Source: Spirosoma fluviale
GTDB taxonomy: Bacteria; Bacteroidota; Bacteroidia; Cytophagales; Spirosomataceae
NCBI GenBank assembly: GCA_945860325.1
Contig: CAMARL010000001.1
Span: 1 to 41,585 of the forward strand
Direction of reading: 5' to 3'
DNA length: 41,585 nt
Shown here: one piece after another, positions 27,538-37,403 of the stretch
Layout: each line of letters opens with the position of its first letter
Numbering within the stretch: the stretch's first letter is position 1
Notes under the pieces: generated by a model
Told to the model about the DNA's origin: nothing
The model's database searches: none
Seen by the model: only the letters and a program-made list of their open reading frames with translations
Program-made: the position numbers and the translations under genes

Positions 27538-28173
27538 ATGAATCCGGTTTATCTAAAGCGTTTTTTGATGGTATTGTATGCAGCTGGCTTAATTGGCATG
27601 CATATCCCAGCGACTCAAAATTTATTCATTTCATTGGTTCCTTTAAACCTTTGGTTTACTGCATTTATTTGTATTTTCTACCATCCAAGGCCTTCCTTAA
27701 GCACTTATCTGGTTTTGTTTTTTATTGCGATCGCTGCTTGGTTAGTCGAGGTACAAGGGGTCCGAACGGGTTTAATTTTTGGAAGTTATCGCTACGGAAA
27801 TACATTGGGATTGAAATTGGCAGATGTGCCGATAACCATCGGATTGAATTGGATTATTTTATTGATGGGTACAAATGCCGTGGTGGAGGAATGGAATGCA
27901 GGGGGTAAAATAGGTAAGGCGGCTTTGGGCGCGGGATTAATGACGGCATTAGATTTATTGATTGAGCCTGTGGCTATTCATTTTGATTTTTGGAATTGGT
28001 CAAATGTGCAAGTACCTGTTCAAAATTTTGTAGCTTGGTGGGTTATTAGTTTTTTCTTTCAATATGTTTACCAGTTGGGCCCATGGCCTTCAAAGTCTAG
28101 TCTTTTTCGATTAATTGCTTTGCTCCAATTTCTATTCTTTTTGGGACATTGGCTTTTATTGCAATTTTTTTGA
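27538..28173 (+). CDS. Carotenoid biosynthesis membrane protein (CruF-like 1,2-hydratase family)
   Basis: EVQGVRTGLIFGSYRYG, VPITIGLNW, DLLIEPVA, FWNW, VPVQNFVAWW. Confidence 0.85.
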   Translation: MNPVYLKRFLMVLYAAGLIGMHIPATQNLFISLVPLNLWFTAFICIFYHPRPSLSTYLVLFFIAIAAWLVEVQGVRTGLIFGSYRYGNTLGLKLADVPITIGLNWIILLMGTNAVVEEWNAGGKIGKAALGAGLMTALDLLIEPVAIHFDFWNWSNVQVPVQNFVAWWVISFFFQYVYQLGPWPSKSSLFRLIALLQFLFFLGHWLLLQFF

Positions 28174-28231
28174 TTTAAAACAATTGATAAATAATTAAGT
28201 TAACCACTATTTAATACGGTAATATTTTTTT

Positions 28232-29119
28232 ATGAAGAAGTACTATTCGATTAAAGATTTAGAGCATTTAAGTGGGATTAAGGCGCATACTTTGCGAATA
28301 TGGGAACAACGCTACGGCATTTTAAATCCTAGTCGGACAGAAACCAACATCCGATTTTATGGCGATAAGGAACTGAAGTTGGTCCTAAACATTGCTTTAT
28401 TACAAAATAAGGGTGGATTTAAAATTTCCAGCATTGTCAAAATGTCTGAGGAAGAAATTTTTAATCACATCTTGGCTTTTTCCAATACCAGTTTAAGTTT
28501 TCCTGAGCAAATCCAAGCATTGACATTGGCTATGTTGGATTTAGACGAATCGAAGTTCCAACAATTAACCCGAAATATCGTAAATAAGCATGGTTTTGAA
28601 AGCTATATGCTGGACATCATTCATCCATTTATGCGTCACTTAGGAACTCTTTGGATTTCTGGTTCTGTAGGTCCGGCTCAAGAACACTTCATAAGCCATT
28701 TGATTCGCCAAAAAGTGATTGCGGCCATTGATGCCCAAGGTTTTAATTTAAAGCCTCATTCAAAAAAGTTTTTGTTATATCTTCCCGAAGGCGAATTGCA
28801 TGAAATTGGAATTTTATTTGCGAACTTCATCCTACGAGCACGTAAGCATTCAGTTGTTTATTTGGGTCAATCTTTGCCTTATGAGGAGTTGTTATTGGCT
28901 TATGAAATCCATCAGCCGGATTATATTTTTTCTGTTTTTACTAGCGAACCCAACACGGATTTGATTGACGACTATTTGCGTAAGATGAGTCAAGACTTGC
29001 CAAAAAGTAAAATTCTTTTGACGGGATATCAGGCGCTCCAACCTACTTGCTCAGTACCTGATAATATAAATTTGTTGATGGATTTTCAGTCTTTAATTGA
29101 TCTAGCTGAAAATGCTTAA
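28232..29119 (+). CDS. MerR-family regulator with cobalamin-binding domain (CarH/LitR-like)
   Basis: YSIKDLE...HTLRIWEQRYG HTH; W-x9-EH (WISGSVGPAQEH); E-x-H-x2-G (ELHEIG); YLG. Confidence 0.88.
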   Translation: MKKYYSIKDLEHLSGIKAHTLRIWEQRYGILNPSRTETNIRFYGDKELKLVLNIALLQNKGGFKISSIVKMSEEEIFNHILAFSNTSLSFPEQIQALTLAMLDLDESKFQQLTRNIVNKHGFESYMLDIIHPFMRHLGTLWISGSVGPAQEHFISHLIRQKVIAAIDAQGFNLKPHSKKFLLYLPEGELHEIGILFANFILRARKHSVVYLGQSLPYEELLLAYEIHQPDYIFSVFTSEPNTDLIDDYLRKMSQDLPKSKILLTGYQALQPTCSVPDNINLLMDFQSLIDLAENA

Positions 29120-30180
29120 CTAAATTCTATGCCGACTTTAGTCGCCTCTTCTACAAACAATTTCACTTGTTGCTCTTGGTCTTTGGGACAAATCATCAAC
29201 GCATTCCCATGTTCCGCTATAATGTAATTGTGTAAACCATGCACCACCACTAATTTATGATGGGGTGTTTTAATGATACATTTTTCGGTGTTAAAAATGA
29301 GGACTTTTCCCTCAATCACATTTTGCTTTTCGTCTTTTTCCTTAATCTCATAAAGTGATTTCCAGGTGCCTAAATCAGACCAACCAATATCTGCGAGGAC
29401 AACTTTCACATTTTGCGCTTTTTCCATCATACCGTTGTCAATGGAAATACTTTTGCATACCCCATAAACTTTCCGGATAAATTCTTCTTCCTGATCAGTA
29501 TAATAAGCATTTTCCCCCTCATCAAACTGTTCAGCCATTCGAGATAACTGCTTTTCTAATTCTTTTTTGAATGAAGGTATACTGAAAATGAATATGCCGG
29601 CATTCCACACATAATCACCACTGTCCAAAAATGCTTCGGCTAATTCAACATTCGGCTTTTCCGTAAATGTTTTAACTACTTTGGCTACTTCTCCGCTGGG
29701 TTGATATTGAATATATCCATAACCGGTATCTGGCCGAGTAGGTACAATGCCTAAAGTGACTAAATGCGAATCGGATGCGGCTTCAAGCGCTTCTATAATA
29801 CGTGACTTGAAGGCGCCTTCTTTCAGGATTACATGGTCAGCGGGAGCTACTATCAGCCTAGCTTTAGGATGTTTTTTGCCAATTTTATAGGCTGCATAGG
29901 CTATGCAGGGAGCGGTATTTCTTCGTTGTGGTTCCTTAAGAATTTGATCAGCATGCAAATAAGGCAGTTGCTCTTTGACTAAATCCGCAAATTCAGCGCT
30001 TGTCACCACATAAATATTTTCTTTCGGAATAATTCCCTCAAAACGCTCAGCGGTTTGTTGGAGCATCGTTTTACCCACCCCAAGTACATCATGAAATTGT
30101 TTGGGGTTTGCACTTCTGCTGATGGGCCAAAAGCGAGTTCCGATTCCGCCTGCCATGATAATTAAGAACGTGTTTTTCAT
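29116..30180 (-). CDS. manC: Mannose-1-phosphate guanylyltransferase
   Basis: IMAGGIGTRFWPISR, PKQF, EPQRRNTAP, PADH, TGYGYI, FTEKP, WNAGIF, WSDLGTW. Confidence 0.93.
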   Translation of the reverse strand: MKNTFLIIMAGGIGTRFWPISRSANPKQFHDVLGVGKTMLQQTAERFEGIIPKENIYVVTSAEFADLVKEQLPYLHADQILKEPQRRNTAPCIAYAAYKIGKKHPKARLIVAPADHVILKEGAFKSRIIEALEAASDSHLVTLGIVPTRPDTGYGYIQYQPSGEVAKVVKTFTEKPNVELAEAFLDSGDYVWNAGIFIFSIPSFKKELEKQLSRMAEQFDEGENAYYTDQEEEFIRKVYGVCKSISIDNGMMEKAQNVKVVLADIGWSDLGTWKSLYEIKEKDEKQNVIEGKVLIFNTEKCIIKTPHHKLVVVHGLHNYIIAEHGNALMICPKDQEQQVKLFVEEATKVGIEFS

Positions 30181-30181
30181 A

Positions 30182-31228
30182 TTAGTGCTTTTGGCTCATA
30201 AATGCATCTACTCGGACTTTCGCATTTTCCCGAATAGGAGCATAAAAAAGGTTTAAATCAGCTTTGTGCCAATTTTTTAAATGTACAAACGATCGTCCAA
30301 AAACATAAGGCGTATGGGTCCACAATACCCCTAAATGATTCTGTGCATCCGCAAAATTTTTGACCCATTTGAATCCATAAGACACTCCGCCTGGATTTAA
30401 TTCTTTTGGAGCAAAATTGTCGTCTAAAGTCCAAGTCAATGGATTTGTGGAGACGAGTTCGGTCGGGGTATTGGGATGCCAATCAGGTAAATATCCTTGT
30501 AAAAATGTAGTGTATGCAATAAAGCAACCCGTTTGAGTTGAGTTTTCACAGGGTTTAATGTATTGGAATATATTTTTTGGTGTTGCAATTCCGATGATAT
30601 AGGCAGAAACCAATTGCTTTTGAAGTTCTTTTCCATCAAAAAGCTCCTGCATAAGCCTTGTGGCATGAACGGTTCCTTGGCTATGAGATGCGATGATGAT
30701 GGGCCTTCCCTCATTAAAATGGGATAAATAATATTGGAATGCTTTCTTAACGTCAGAATATGCAATATCCAAAGCAGCTGCTTTATCTTCTTTAAAAGAG
30801 GTGACGAACGCATGATAATGAGCCTGTCGATAGCGAGGAGCATAGATTCGACCGGCCGCATTAAAAATAGTCGCTTGGTTTAATATGGTTGAACTATCTA
30901 CAATAGCATTTAAATAGGCATCGCTAAAGCTTCCATTCCATTTGAATTCATTTGTAGGTTGGTAGGTTAAAATCGTAGGATGTATGAAAAAAACATCGGC
31001 TTTAGCTGAAGATTGTTCATCATGAAATGGAGATCCATTGGGTACTCGATCCGCCGCATCCTTTTTTGTAGGTAAGGCAGCCCAATTATTTGCATCTGCA
31101 TAGTCTGATTCTGGAGGTATTGGCGAATCTTTCCAGCGCAATTGTAAAGTAACAGGAGTGCTTGTTTTGCAATTTTGTAAAGCCAACATGGCTGAAAAAA
31201 CAATCAAACACCATAAAAAATTTCTCAT
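30182..31228 (-). CDS. DUF3089 alpha/beta hydrolase, probable lipoprotein
   Basis: Signal peptide ending in LQNC; DVFFIHPT, YAPRYRQA, AYSDV, ASHSQG nucleophile, distal WH. Confidence 0.82.
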   Translation of the reverse strand: MRNFLWCLIVFSAMLALQNCKTSTPVTLQLRWKDSPIPPESDYADANNWAALPTKKDAADRVPNGSPFHDEQSSAKADVFFIHPTILTYQPTNEFKWNGSFSDAYLNAIVDSSTILNQATIFNAAGRIYAPRYRQAHYHAFVTSFKEDKAAALDIAYSDVKKAFQYYLSHFNEGRPIIIASHSQGTVHATRLMQELFDGKELQKQLVSAYIIGIATPKNIFQYIKPCENSTQTGCFIAYTTFLQGYLPDWHPNTPTELVSTNPLTWTLDDNFAPKELNPGGVSYGFKWVKNFADAQNHLGVLWTHTPYVFGRSFVHLKNWHKADLNLFYAPIRENAKVRVDAFMSQKH

Positions 31229-31245
31229 TGGACTATATTAATGGA

Positions 31246-31253
31246 CAAATGTA
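31246..31253 (-). promoter_or_regulatory. -7 promoter element for DUF3089-manC
   Basis: TACATTTG on the minus strand, 17 nt upstream of the ATG. Confidence 0.6.
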
Positions 31254-31393
31254 AGAAGAAAAGAGGCCTTTTTATATATCGAAAAACAGATAGATGGGTT
31301 ATAACCTTTAGAAATCATCTATTGAAATAAAAATATTTACTTAAAAAGTAGTAATTTTTTGATATATCAAGTGGCCATTACATAAATCTTACG

Positions 31394-31401
31394 TAGCTTT
31401 G
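31394..31401 (+). promoter_or_regulatory. -7 promoter element for the TonB-dependent receptor
   Basis: TAGCTTTG matches TAnnTTTG. Confidence 0.6.
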
Positions 31402-31452
31402 TTGCAAATTATAACCTAATTAATCAACACAAGTAATTAACAAATCTTCATT

Positions 31453-34335
31453 ATGAAAAGAATTATTACTCAAACCTTACCCATTCTCGCTTTCATTTTC
31501 TCTATGAGCTTTGCTGCCATGGCACAAACCAAACTAGCTGGAAATGTTCGTGACGCTGCTTCAAAAGAAGCGCTTATTGGGGTTAGTATCTCTGTAAAAG
31601 GGAAAGTTATTGGTACTATTTCGGATGCAAAAGGTAATTATTCCTTAAGCACAACGACACCGGTTCCTTTCACTTTAGCTGTTTCTATGGTTGGATATGA
31701 AAGCCAAGAAATCGTTGTATCATCAGCAAAATCAAATTTAAACATCTCATTAAAAGAGCAAGCCACTTTAGGTCAAGAAGTCGTTGTTTCCGCTTCTAGA
31801 ATACAAGAAAGTGTATTGCAATCTCCAGTGACCATTGAAAGAATGGACATTCGTGCGATTAGAGAGTCGGCAGCGCCTTCTTTTTATGATGCATTAAGAA
31901 ACTTAAAAGGTGTTGAAACCAGTACTCAATCTGTTTCTTTTTCATCCATCAACATGCGTGGATTTAATAGCAATGGAAATACACGTGTGGTTCAATTAAT
32001 TGATGGTATGGACAATCAAGCCCCAGGTTTGAATTTCTCGGTAGGTAATATCGTGGGTATTTCGGAGTTGGACTTGGAAGGTTTAGAATTATTACCAGGT
32101 GCCGCATCTGCCTTATATGGTCCAAATGCATTAAATGGAATTATTTTGATGAATTCAAAGTCTCCCTTCTTATACCAAGGCTTAAGTGCCCAAGTGAAAG
32201 TGGGTGCGATGAGTGCTTCAAATCGTACAGAAGCAACTACTCCCTACAGTGATATTGCCATTCGTTATGCGAAGGCCATCAATAATAAATGGGCGTATAA
32301 AGTTAATTTTAATACGATGAGTGCAGAGGATTGGCAGGCTACTGACTACCGTGATCAATCTTTATTAAATGGTACTAAATTAGGACCAGGTAGTCGTAGT
32401 GGAAATTTAGCCTATAATGGGGTTAGTATTTTTGGTGATGAGACGAACGTTGAAATGTTATCTTCTTTGACTCCTTTATTAGGTGTTCCTTCACATCCAT
32501 TAACTGCGGGAATTAATCAAATCTCAAAAGCAACGGGTGGTCTATTATCTCCATCGGCTATTTTAGGATACATTGTACCCAAAGCATTTATTTCACGCGA
32601 GGGTTATAAAGAAAATGATTTAGCTTCCTATGCAAACCGTAATATGAAATTTAATGCAGCTTTGCATTATCGATTTAATGATAATGTAGAATTGATTTTA
32701 CAAGGTTCTTATGGTTCTGGTACAACAGTATATACGGGTGCCGATCGTTATTCGATTAAGAATTTTGGAATGGGTCAATATAAAGCAGAATTGAAAGGAA
32801 GTAATTTCTTCTTACGTGCTTACACCACTCAAGAGAATTCGGGAGATGCGTATGCGACAGGAACTTTGGGCCAATTAGTGAACGAGGCTGCAAAGCCTAG
32901 TACAGCTTGGTATCCTGATTATTTCGGGGCATTTGCAGGAGCGGCTCTTCAGAACTTTGGTACCGTTTTGCAGACTACGTTAGCGCAAACGGGAAATCCT
33001 ACAGCTGCGATTGGTAATGCTGTGGCAACGACTCAAGCTAATTTTGCTAATTATCACAATGCCGCACGTTTAGCTGCTGATGCCGGAAGGAGATTAGTTC
33101 CAGGAACTGCAGCATTTAATGCAGCTGTAGAGGCTATCAAAAATAAACCTTTACCAATTGGTGGAAAATTCACAGATAAGTCAGCTCTTTATCACTATGA
33201 AGGAATGTATAACTTCACTGAGAAGTTTAACAAGAAATTAGAAATGATTGTAGGGGCTAGCTATCAAATTTATGCCTTAAATTCAGAAGGAACTTTATTC
33301 GCCCTTAAGGCAGATGGTTCTGAGCAATCCATCAACGAATATGGTGGATATATTCAAGTAGGTAAGAAAATGTTTGCAGATAAGTTTAAATTGACGGGTT
33401 CTGTGCGTTATGATAAAAACGAAAACTTTGAAGGCCAATTTAGCCCACGTCTAACAGGTGTTTTAACCCAAGGTCGCTCTAACTTCCGTGCTTCATATCA
33501 AACAGGTTTCCGTATTCCATCCACTCAAGATCAGTTTATTGATTTAAATACTCCACAGGCTCGTTTGCTAGGAGGTCTTCCAGTAGTTCAAGATCGTTAT
33601 AAGTTATCTGGTAATTCATTCACCTTGCAATCTCTTCAAGCAGGTAAGCCAGAAATGTATACTGCTAGAGAATGGAAGCCTGAGCAAGTTAAAACCATTG
33701 AGTTTGGGTATAAAGGATTTTTAGGGGATAAATTATTAGCTGACTTTTATATCTACCAATCTAATTACCTTAATTTCAATGCAGCTATGACGGTCGTTCA
33801 ATTGCCTACTCAGCACAAAGACGCAACGGTGGTAGGAAATAAAGTTTTTAATTTCCCTTCAAACGTTCAGAATGAAGTGGTTACCAACGGTTGGGGATTA
33901 AGCTTAGATTACCAATTGGGATCTAACTGGGCATTAGGAACAAACGTTTCTTACAACGCCATTAAAGATAATGGTGGTTTAGTGGATTACCAATTAGCAT
34001 TCAACACACCTAACTACCGCACAAACGTTTCTTTAGGTAACCGTAACATCGGTGGTTCTGGTTGGGGCTTTAGTACTGTTTGGAGATATCAAGATCAATT
34101 CGTTTGGCAATCAGGCATTGTTAACCAAGTGGTTAATCAATCCCAACAAAGTTTAATTCCTGCTTTCCATACGTTAGATGCACAGGTTAGCAAGAAATTA
34201 TCTGCGATGAAGACTATTTTGAAAGTAGGTGGTTCTAATTTATTAGGAGCTGCTTATACGACTGGTTGGTCTAACCCAACAGTTGGAAGTATTTACTACG
34301 TTTCTTTAACTTTTGACCAGTTATTGAACAAGTAA
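31453..34335 (+). CDS. TonB-dependent outer-membrane receptor with N-terminal carboxypeptidase-regulatory-like domain
   Basis: Signal peptide, LIGVSISVKG, EVVVSASR, plug (INMRGF, LIDG, GAASALYG), barrel strands, terminal YYVSLTF. Confidence 0.93.
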   Translation: MKRIITQTLPILAFIFSMSFAAMAQTKLAGNVRDAASKEALIGVSISVKGKVIGTISDAKGNYSLSTTTPVPFTLAVSMVGYESQEIVVSSAKSNLNISLKEQATLGQEVVVSASRIQESVLQSPVTIERMDIRAIRESAAPSFYDALRNLKGVETSTQSVSFSSINMRGFNSNGNTRVVQLIDGMDNQAPGLNFSVGNIVGISELDLEGLELLPGAASALYGPNALNGIILMNSKSPFLYQGLSAQVKVGAMSASNRTEATTPYSDIAIRYAKAINNKWAYKVNFNTMSAEDWQATDYRDQSLLNGTKLGPGSRSGNLAYNGVSIFGDETNVEMLSSLTPLLGVPSHPLTAGINQISKATGGLLSPSAILGYIVPKAFISREGYKENDLASYANRNMKFNAALHYRFNDNVELILQGSYGSGTTVYTGADRYSIKNFGMGQYKAELKGSNFFLRAYTTQENSGDAYATGTLGQLVNEAAKPSTAWYPDYFGAFAGAALQNFGTVLQTTLAQTGNPTAAIGNAVATTQANFANYHNAARLAADAGRRLVPGTAAFNAAVEAIKNKPLPIGGKFTDKSALYHYEGMYNFTEKFNKKLEMIVGASYQIYALNSEGTLFALKADGSEQSINEYGGYIQVGKKMFADKFKLTGSVRYDKNENFEGQFSPRLTGVLTQGRSNFRASYQTGFRIPSTQDQFIDLNTPQARLLGGLPVVQDRYKLSGNSFTLQSLQAGKPEMYTAREWKPEQVKTIEFGYKGFLGDKLLADFYIYQSNYLNFNAAMTVVQLPTQHKDATVVGNKVFNFPSNVQNEVVTNGWGLSLDYQLGSNWALGTNVSYNAIKDNGGLVDYQLAFNTPNYRTNVSLGNRNIGGSGWGFSTVWRYQDQFVWQSGIVNQVVNQSQQSLIPAFHTLDAQVSKKLSAMKTILKVGGSNLLGAAYTTGWSNPTVGSIYYVSLTFDQLLNK

Positions 34336-34355
34336 AATTCATATAAAATTATCTT

Positions 34356-34388
34356 GAGGCTGTCCCTAAAAGGACAGCCTCTTTTTTT
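34356..34388 (+). terminator. Intrinsic terminator after the TonB-dependent receptor
   Basis: Perfect 10-bp stem GAGGCTGTCC-N6-GGACAGCCTC followed by T7. Confidence 0.92.
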
Positions 34389-34389
34389 G

Positions 34390-34397
34390 TACCTTTG
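34390..34397 (+). promoter_or_regulatory. -7 promoter element for uvrA
   Basis: TACCTTTG directly after the terminator T tract, 23 nt before the ATG. Confidence 0.65.
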
Positions 34398-34420
34398 CGA
34401 ATTATATTTGATTTTTCCAT

Positions 34421-37249
34421 ATGCAGCAACCCAAAGATTTAACTGGATTTTCTAACATTGAGGTGTTGGGTGCGCGTGAACATAATTTAAAAAACATTGA
34501 TGTCTCCATTCCCCGCAACCAGCTAGTCGTTATTACGGGAATTTCTGGCTCCGGAAAATCGTCTCTTGCCTTTGATACCATTTATGCAGAAGGCCAAAGG
34601 CGCTACATGGAAAGTTTTTCTGCCTATGCCCGTTCCTTTTTAGGGAATATGGAACGTCCTGATGTGGACAAAATAAATGGATTGTCTCCCGTGATATCCA
34701 TTGAACAGAAGACAACCTCCAAGAATCCAAGGTCCACCGTAGGAACCACCACAGAGATTTATGATTTTATGCGATTGCTTTTTGCTCGGGCTTCAGATGC
34801 TTTTTCCTATTTATCTGGAGAACGCATGGTCAAGCAGTCGGTGGATCAAATCATATCGACTTTAATGAGTCAATTCTCTTCCTCTAAAGTGTGGTTTTTA
34901 GCCCCATTAGTGAAAGGTCGTAAGGGACATTACCGAGAGCTTTTTGTTCAAATAGCCAAGTGGGGATATACCAAAGTTCGTGTGGACGGCGAAGTGATGG
35001 ATTTGGTTCCCAAAATGCAATTAGATCGATTTAAGGTACACGATGTGGAAGTTGTGGTGGATCGACTCATCGTATCAGATACCGAAAGGCTACGAATTTC
35101 ACAATCATTGCAGACGGCAACGAACTTAGGCAAAGGCCAAGTTTTTGTCTTGGACGAGAAAGGGAAATTGCATTATTTCTCCCAAACGCTGATGGATCCC
35201 AAAACAGGTCTATCCTATGACGAACCCGCACCCAATTCATTTTCGTTTAATAGCCCTTACGGCGCATGTCCTTGTTGCAATGGCTTAGGGGTTGTGGAAG
35301 AAATCACCGAAGAATCTGTCATTCCAGATCCATCGCTCAGCATTATTCGGGGAGCTATTGCACCCATAGGGGAATATAGGGAGCTTTGGATTTTCAAACA
35401 ATTGGAGGTTTTATTAAAACCTTATTCCGTCGGCTTATCTACACCCATCGCTAAGTTTCCTCGGGAAGCTCTGGATCTTATGTTGTATGGTACGGATGAA
35501 CCTGTTCCCGTACCTTCAAAAAAGTATGTTGGGACCGAGTGGAGTACCAAATATGATGGAATTATAAATTTTCTGAAGCGCCAACAAGACAACGGGTCTG
35601 AAAAAACGCAAGACTGGTTGAAGGATTTTTTAGAGATTAAAATTTGTCCAGATTGTGATGGGTTTAGACTGAAAAAGGAGTCTTTGCATTTTAAAATTGA
35701 TGGTAAGCATATTGGGGAATTAGCCCAAATGGATGTTAGCGATTTGTCAGGTTGGTTTTCTAATTTGGAGGAAAGAATTTCAGACCGACAAAAACAAATT
35801 GCCACAGAGGTATTGAAAGAAATTAAAAAAAGAATTGGGTTTTTGACGCAAATAGGACTTACCTATTTAACGCTAGACCGACCGATGAAAAGTTTATCTG
35901 GCGGCGAATCCCAACGAATTCGTTTGGCAACTCAAATCGGAACGCAATTAGTCGGGGTACTTTATATCATGGATGAACCCTCCATAGGTCTGCATCAGCG
36001 CGATAATGAAAAGTTGATTTTAGCCTTAAAAGATTTGCGCGACTTAGGAAATTCGGTGCTTGTGGTCGAACATGACAAAGACATGATGTTGGAGTCCGAT
36101 TATATTTTGGATATTGGCCCAGGAGCGGGCCGACATGGTGGTCATATCATTGGTTTTGGGAGTCCTTCGGAATTTTTAAAACTTGAAACGCCTACAGCAA
36201 AATACCTAAATGGAGCATTGAAAATTGCCGCGCCAACGGTTCGTAGAACTGGGAACGGGAATTCAATTGTGCTTAAAGGGGCACATGGAAATAATTTAAA
36301 AAATGTAAGTGTTGAATTTCCTTTGGGTAAATTTATTACGGTTACCGGTGTTTCTGGATCAGGAAAATCGACCTTAATTCACGACACGTTGGTCTTAAAA
36401 TTGAAGCAATTTTTTGATCGAACGAAACGTGAACCCTTGCCTTTTAAGTCAATCACAGGCTTGGAGTTTATCGATAAGGTTATTGAGGTAGACCAATCGC
36501 CCATCGGTCGGACCCCTCGTTCAAACCCTGCCACCTATACCAATATGTACACGGATATCAGGACTTTATATTGTGAATTACCTGAATCTAAAATTCGAGG
36601 CTATAAGGCAGGCCGATTTAGTTTTAATGTCAAAGGGGGTCGCTGTGAAGGTTGTGAGGGAGCGGGTAGGAAAAAAATTGAAATGGAATTTTTACCTGAT
36701 GTATTTGTTGAATGCGAAACATGTAAGGGTAAAAGATTTAATCGAGAAACCTTGGAAGTTCGCTTCAAGGGGAAATCGATTTCAGATGTATTGGATATGA
36801 CGGTGGAACAAGCGCTCGATTTTTTTGAACATCAACCCCGTATTTTCCGTAGGGTTCAAACCCTATCCGAAGTGGGTTTAGGCTACATTACCTTAGGTCA
36901 ACATGCGACGACCTTGTCTGGTGGTGAAGCGCAAAGGGTTAAACTAGCGGAGGAATTGTCAAAAAAAGACACAGGTAAAACGCTGTATGTGTTAGACGAA
37001 CCTACCACAGGTTTGCATTTTCAAGATGTCAAATTACTCTTAGATGTGTTGCAAAAACTGGTGGATAAAGGCAATACCGTTTTGGTGATTGAACATAACA
37101 TGGATGTGATTAAAGTATCGGATTATATTGTTGACATGGGTCCAGAAGGAGGAAATGCCGGGGGCCAATTGCTCATTTCGGGGACACCGGAGCAGGTGGC
37201 TAAAGCTAAAAATAGCCATACGGGCAGATTTTTGAAAAAAGAACTTTAG
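34421..37249 (+). CDS. uvrA: Excinuclease ABC subunit A
   Basis: GAREHNLKN, two Walker A motifs ([16 protein letters not shown]), two LSGGE signatures, Zn-finger CxxC pairs. Confidence 0.98.
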   Translation: MQQPKDLTGFSNIEVLGAREHNLKNIDVSIPRNQLVVITGISGSGKSSLAFDTIYAEGQRRYMESFSAYARSFLGNMERPDVDKINGLSPVISIEQKTTSKNPRSTVGTTTEIYDFMRLLFARASDAFSYLSGERMVKQSVDQIISTLMSQFSSSKVWFLAPLVKGRKGHYRELFVQIAKWGYTKVRVDGEVMDLVPKMQLDRFKVHDVEVVVDRLIVSDTERLRISQSLQTATNLGKGQVFVLDEKGKLHYFSQTLMDPKTGLSYDEPAPNSFSFNSPYGACPCCNGLGVVEEITEESVIPDPSLSIIRGAIAPIGEYRELWIFKQLEVLLKPYSVGLSTPIAKFPREALDLMLYGTDEPVPVPSKKYVGTEWSTKYDGIINFLKRQQDNGSEKTQDWLKDFLEIKICPDCDGFRLKKESLHFKIDGKHIGELAQMDVSDLSGWFSNLEERISDRQKQIATEVLKEIKKRIGFLTQIGLTYLTLDRPMKSLSGGESQRIRLATQIGTQLVGVLYIMDEPSIGLHQRDNEKLILALKDLRDLGNSVLVVEHDKDMMLESDYILDIGPGAGRHGGHIIGFGSPSEFLKLETPTAKYLNGALKIAAPTVRRTGNGNSIVLKGAHGNNLKNVSVEFPLGKFITVTGVSGSGKSTLIHDTLVLKLKQFFDRTKREPLPFKSITGLEFIDKVIEVDQSPIGRTPRSNPATYTNMYTDIRTLYCELPESKIRGYKAGRFSFNVKGGRCEGCEGAGRKKIEMEFLPDVFVECETCKGKRFNRETLEVRFKGKSISDVLDMTVEQALDFFEHQPRIFRRVQTLSEVGLGYITLGQHATTLSGGEAQRVKLAEELSKKDTGKTLYVLDEPTTGLHFQDVKLLLDVLQKLVDKGNTVLVIEHNMDVIKVSDYIVDMGPEGGNAGGQLLISGTPEQVAKAKNSHTGRFLKKEL

Positions 37250-37403
37250 CTTTGGACTAGGTTGAAGGTAATTTACCTACGATAAAAAATTACCTTAAAA
37301 TATGTTCAATTTGATTTTTTTCTAGCTTAAATTTATTTAGTTTTCGACTTGAAATTCTTGCCCAAATGCTCCCTCACGACATGAGCGTTTTTTTGATTAA
37401 TAA

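Noticed and set aside
31402-31452. Cobalamin or TPP riboswitch before the TonB receptor
   Set aside because: The leader is about 45 nt, AT-rich and lacks the conserved riboswitch motifs
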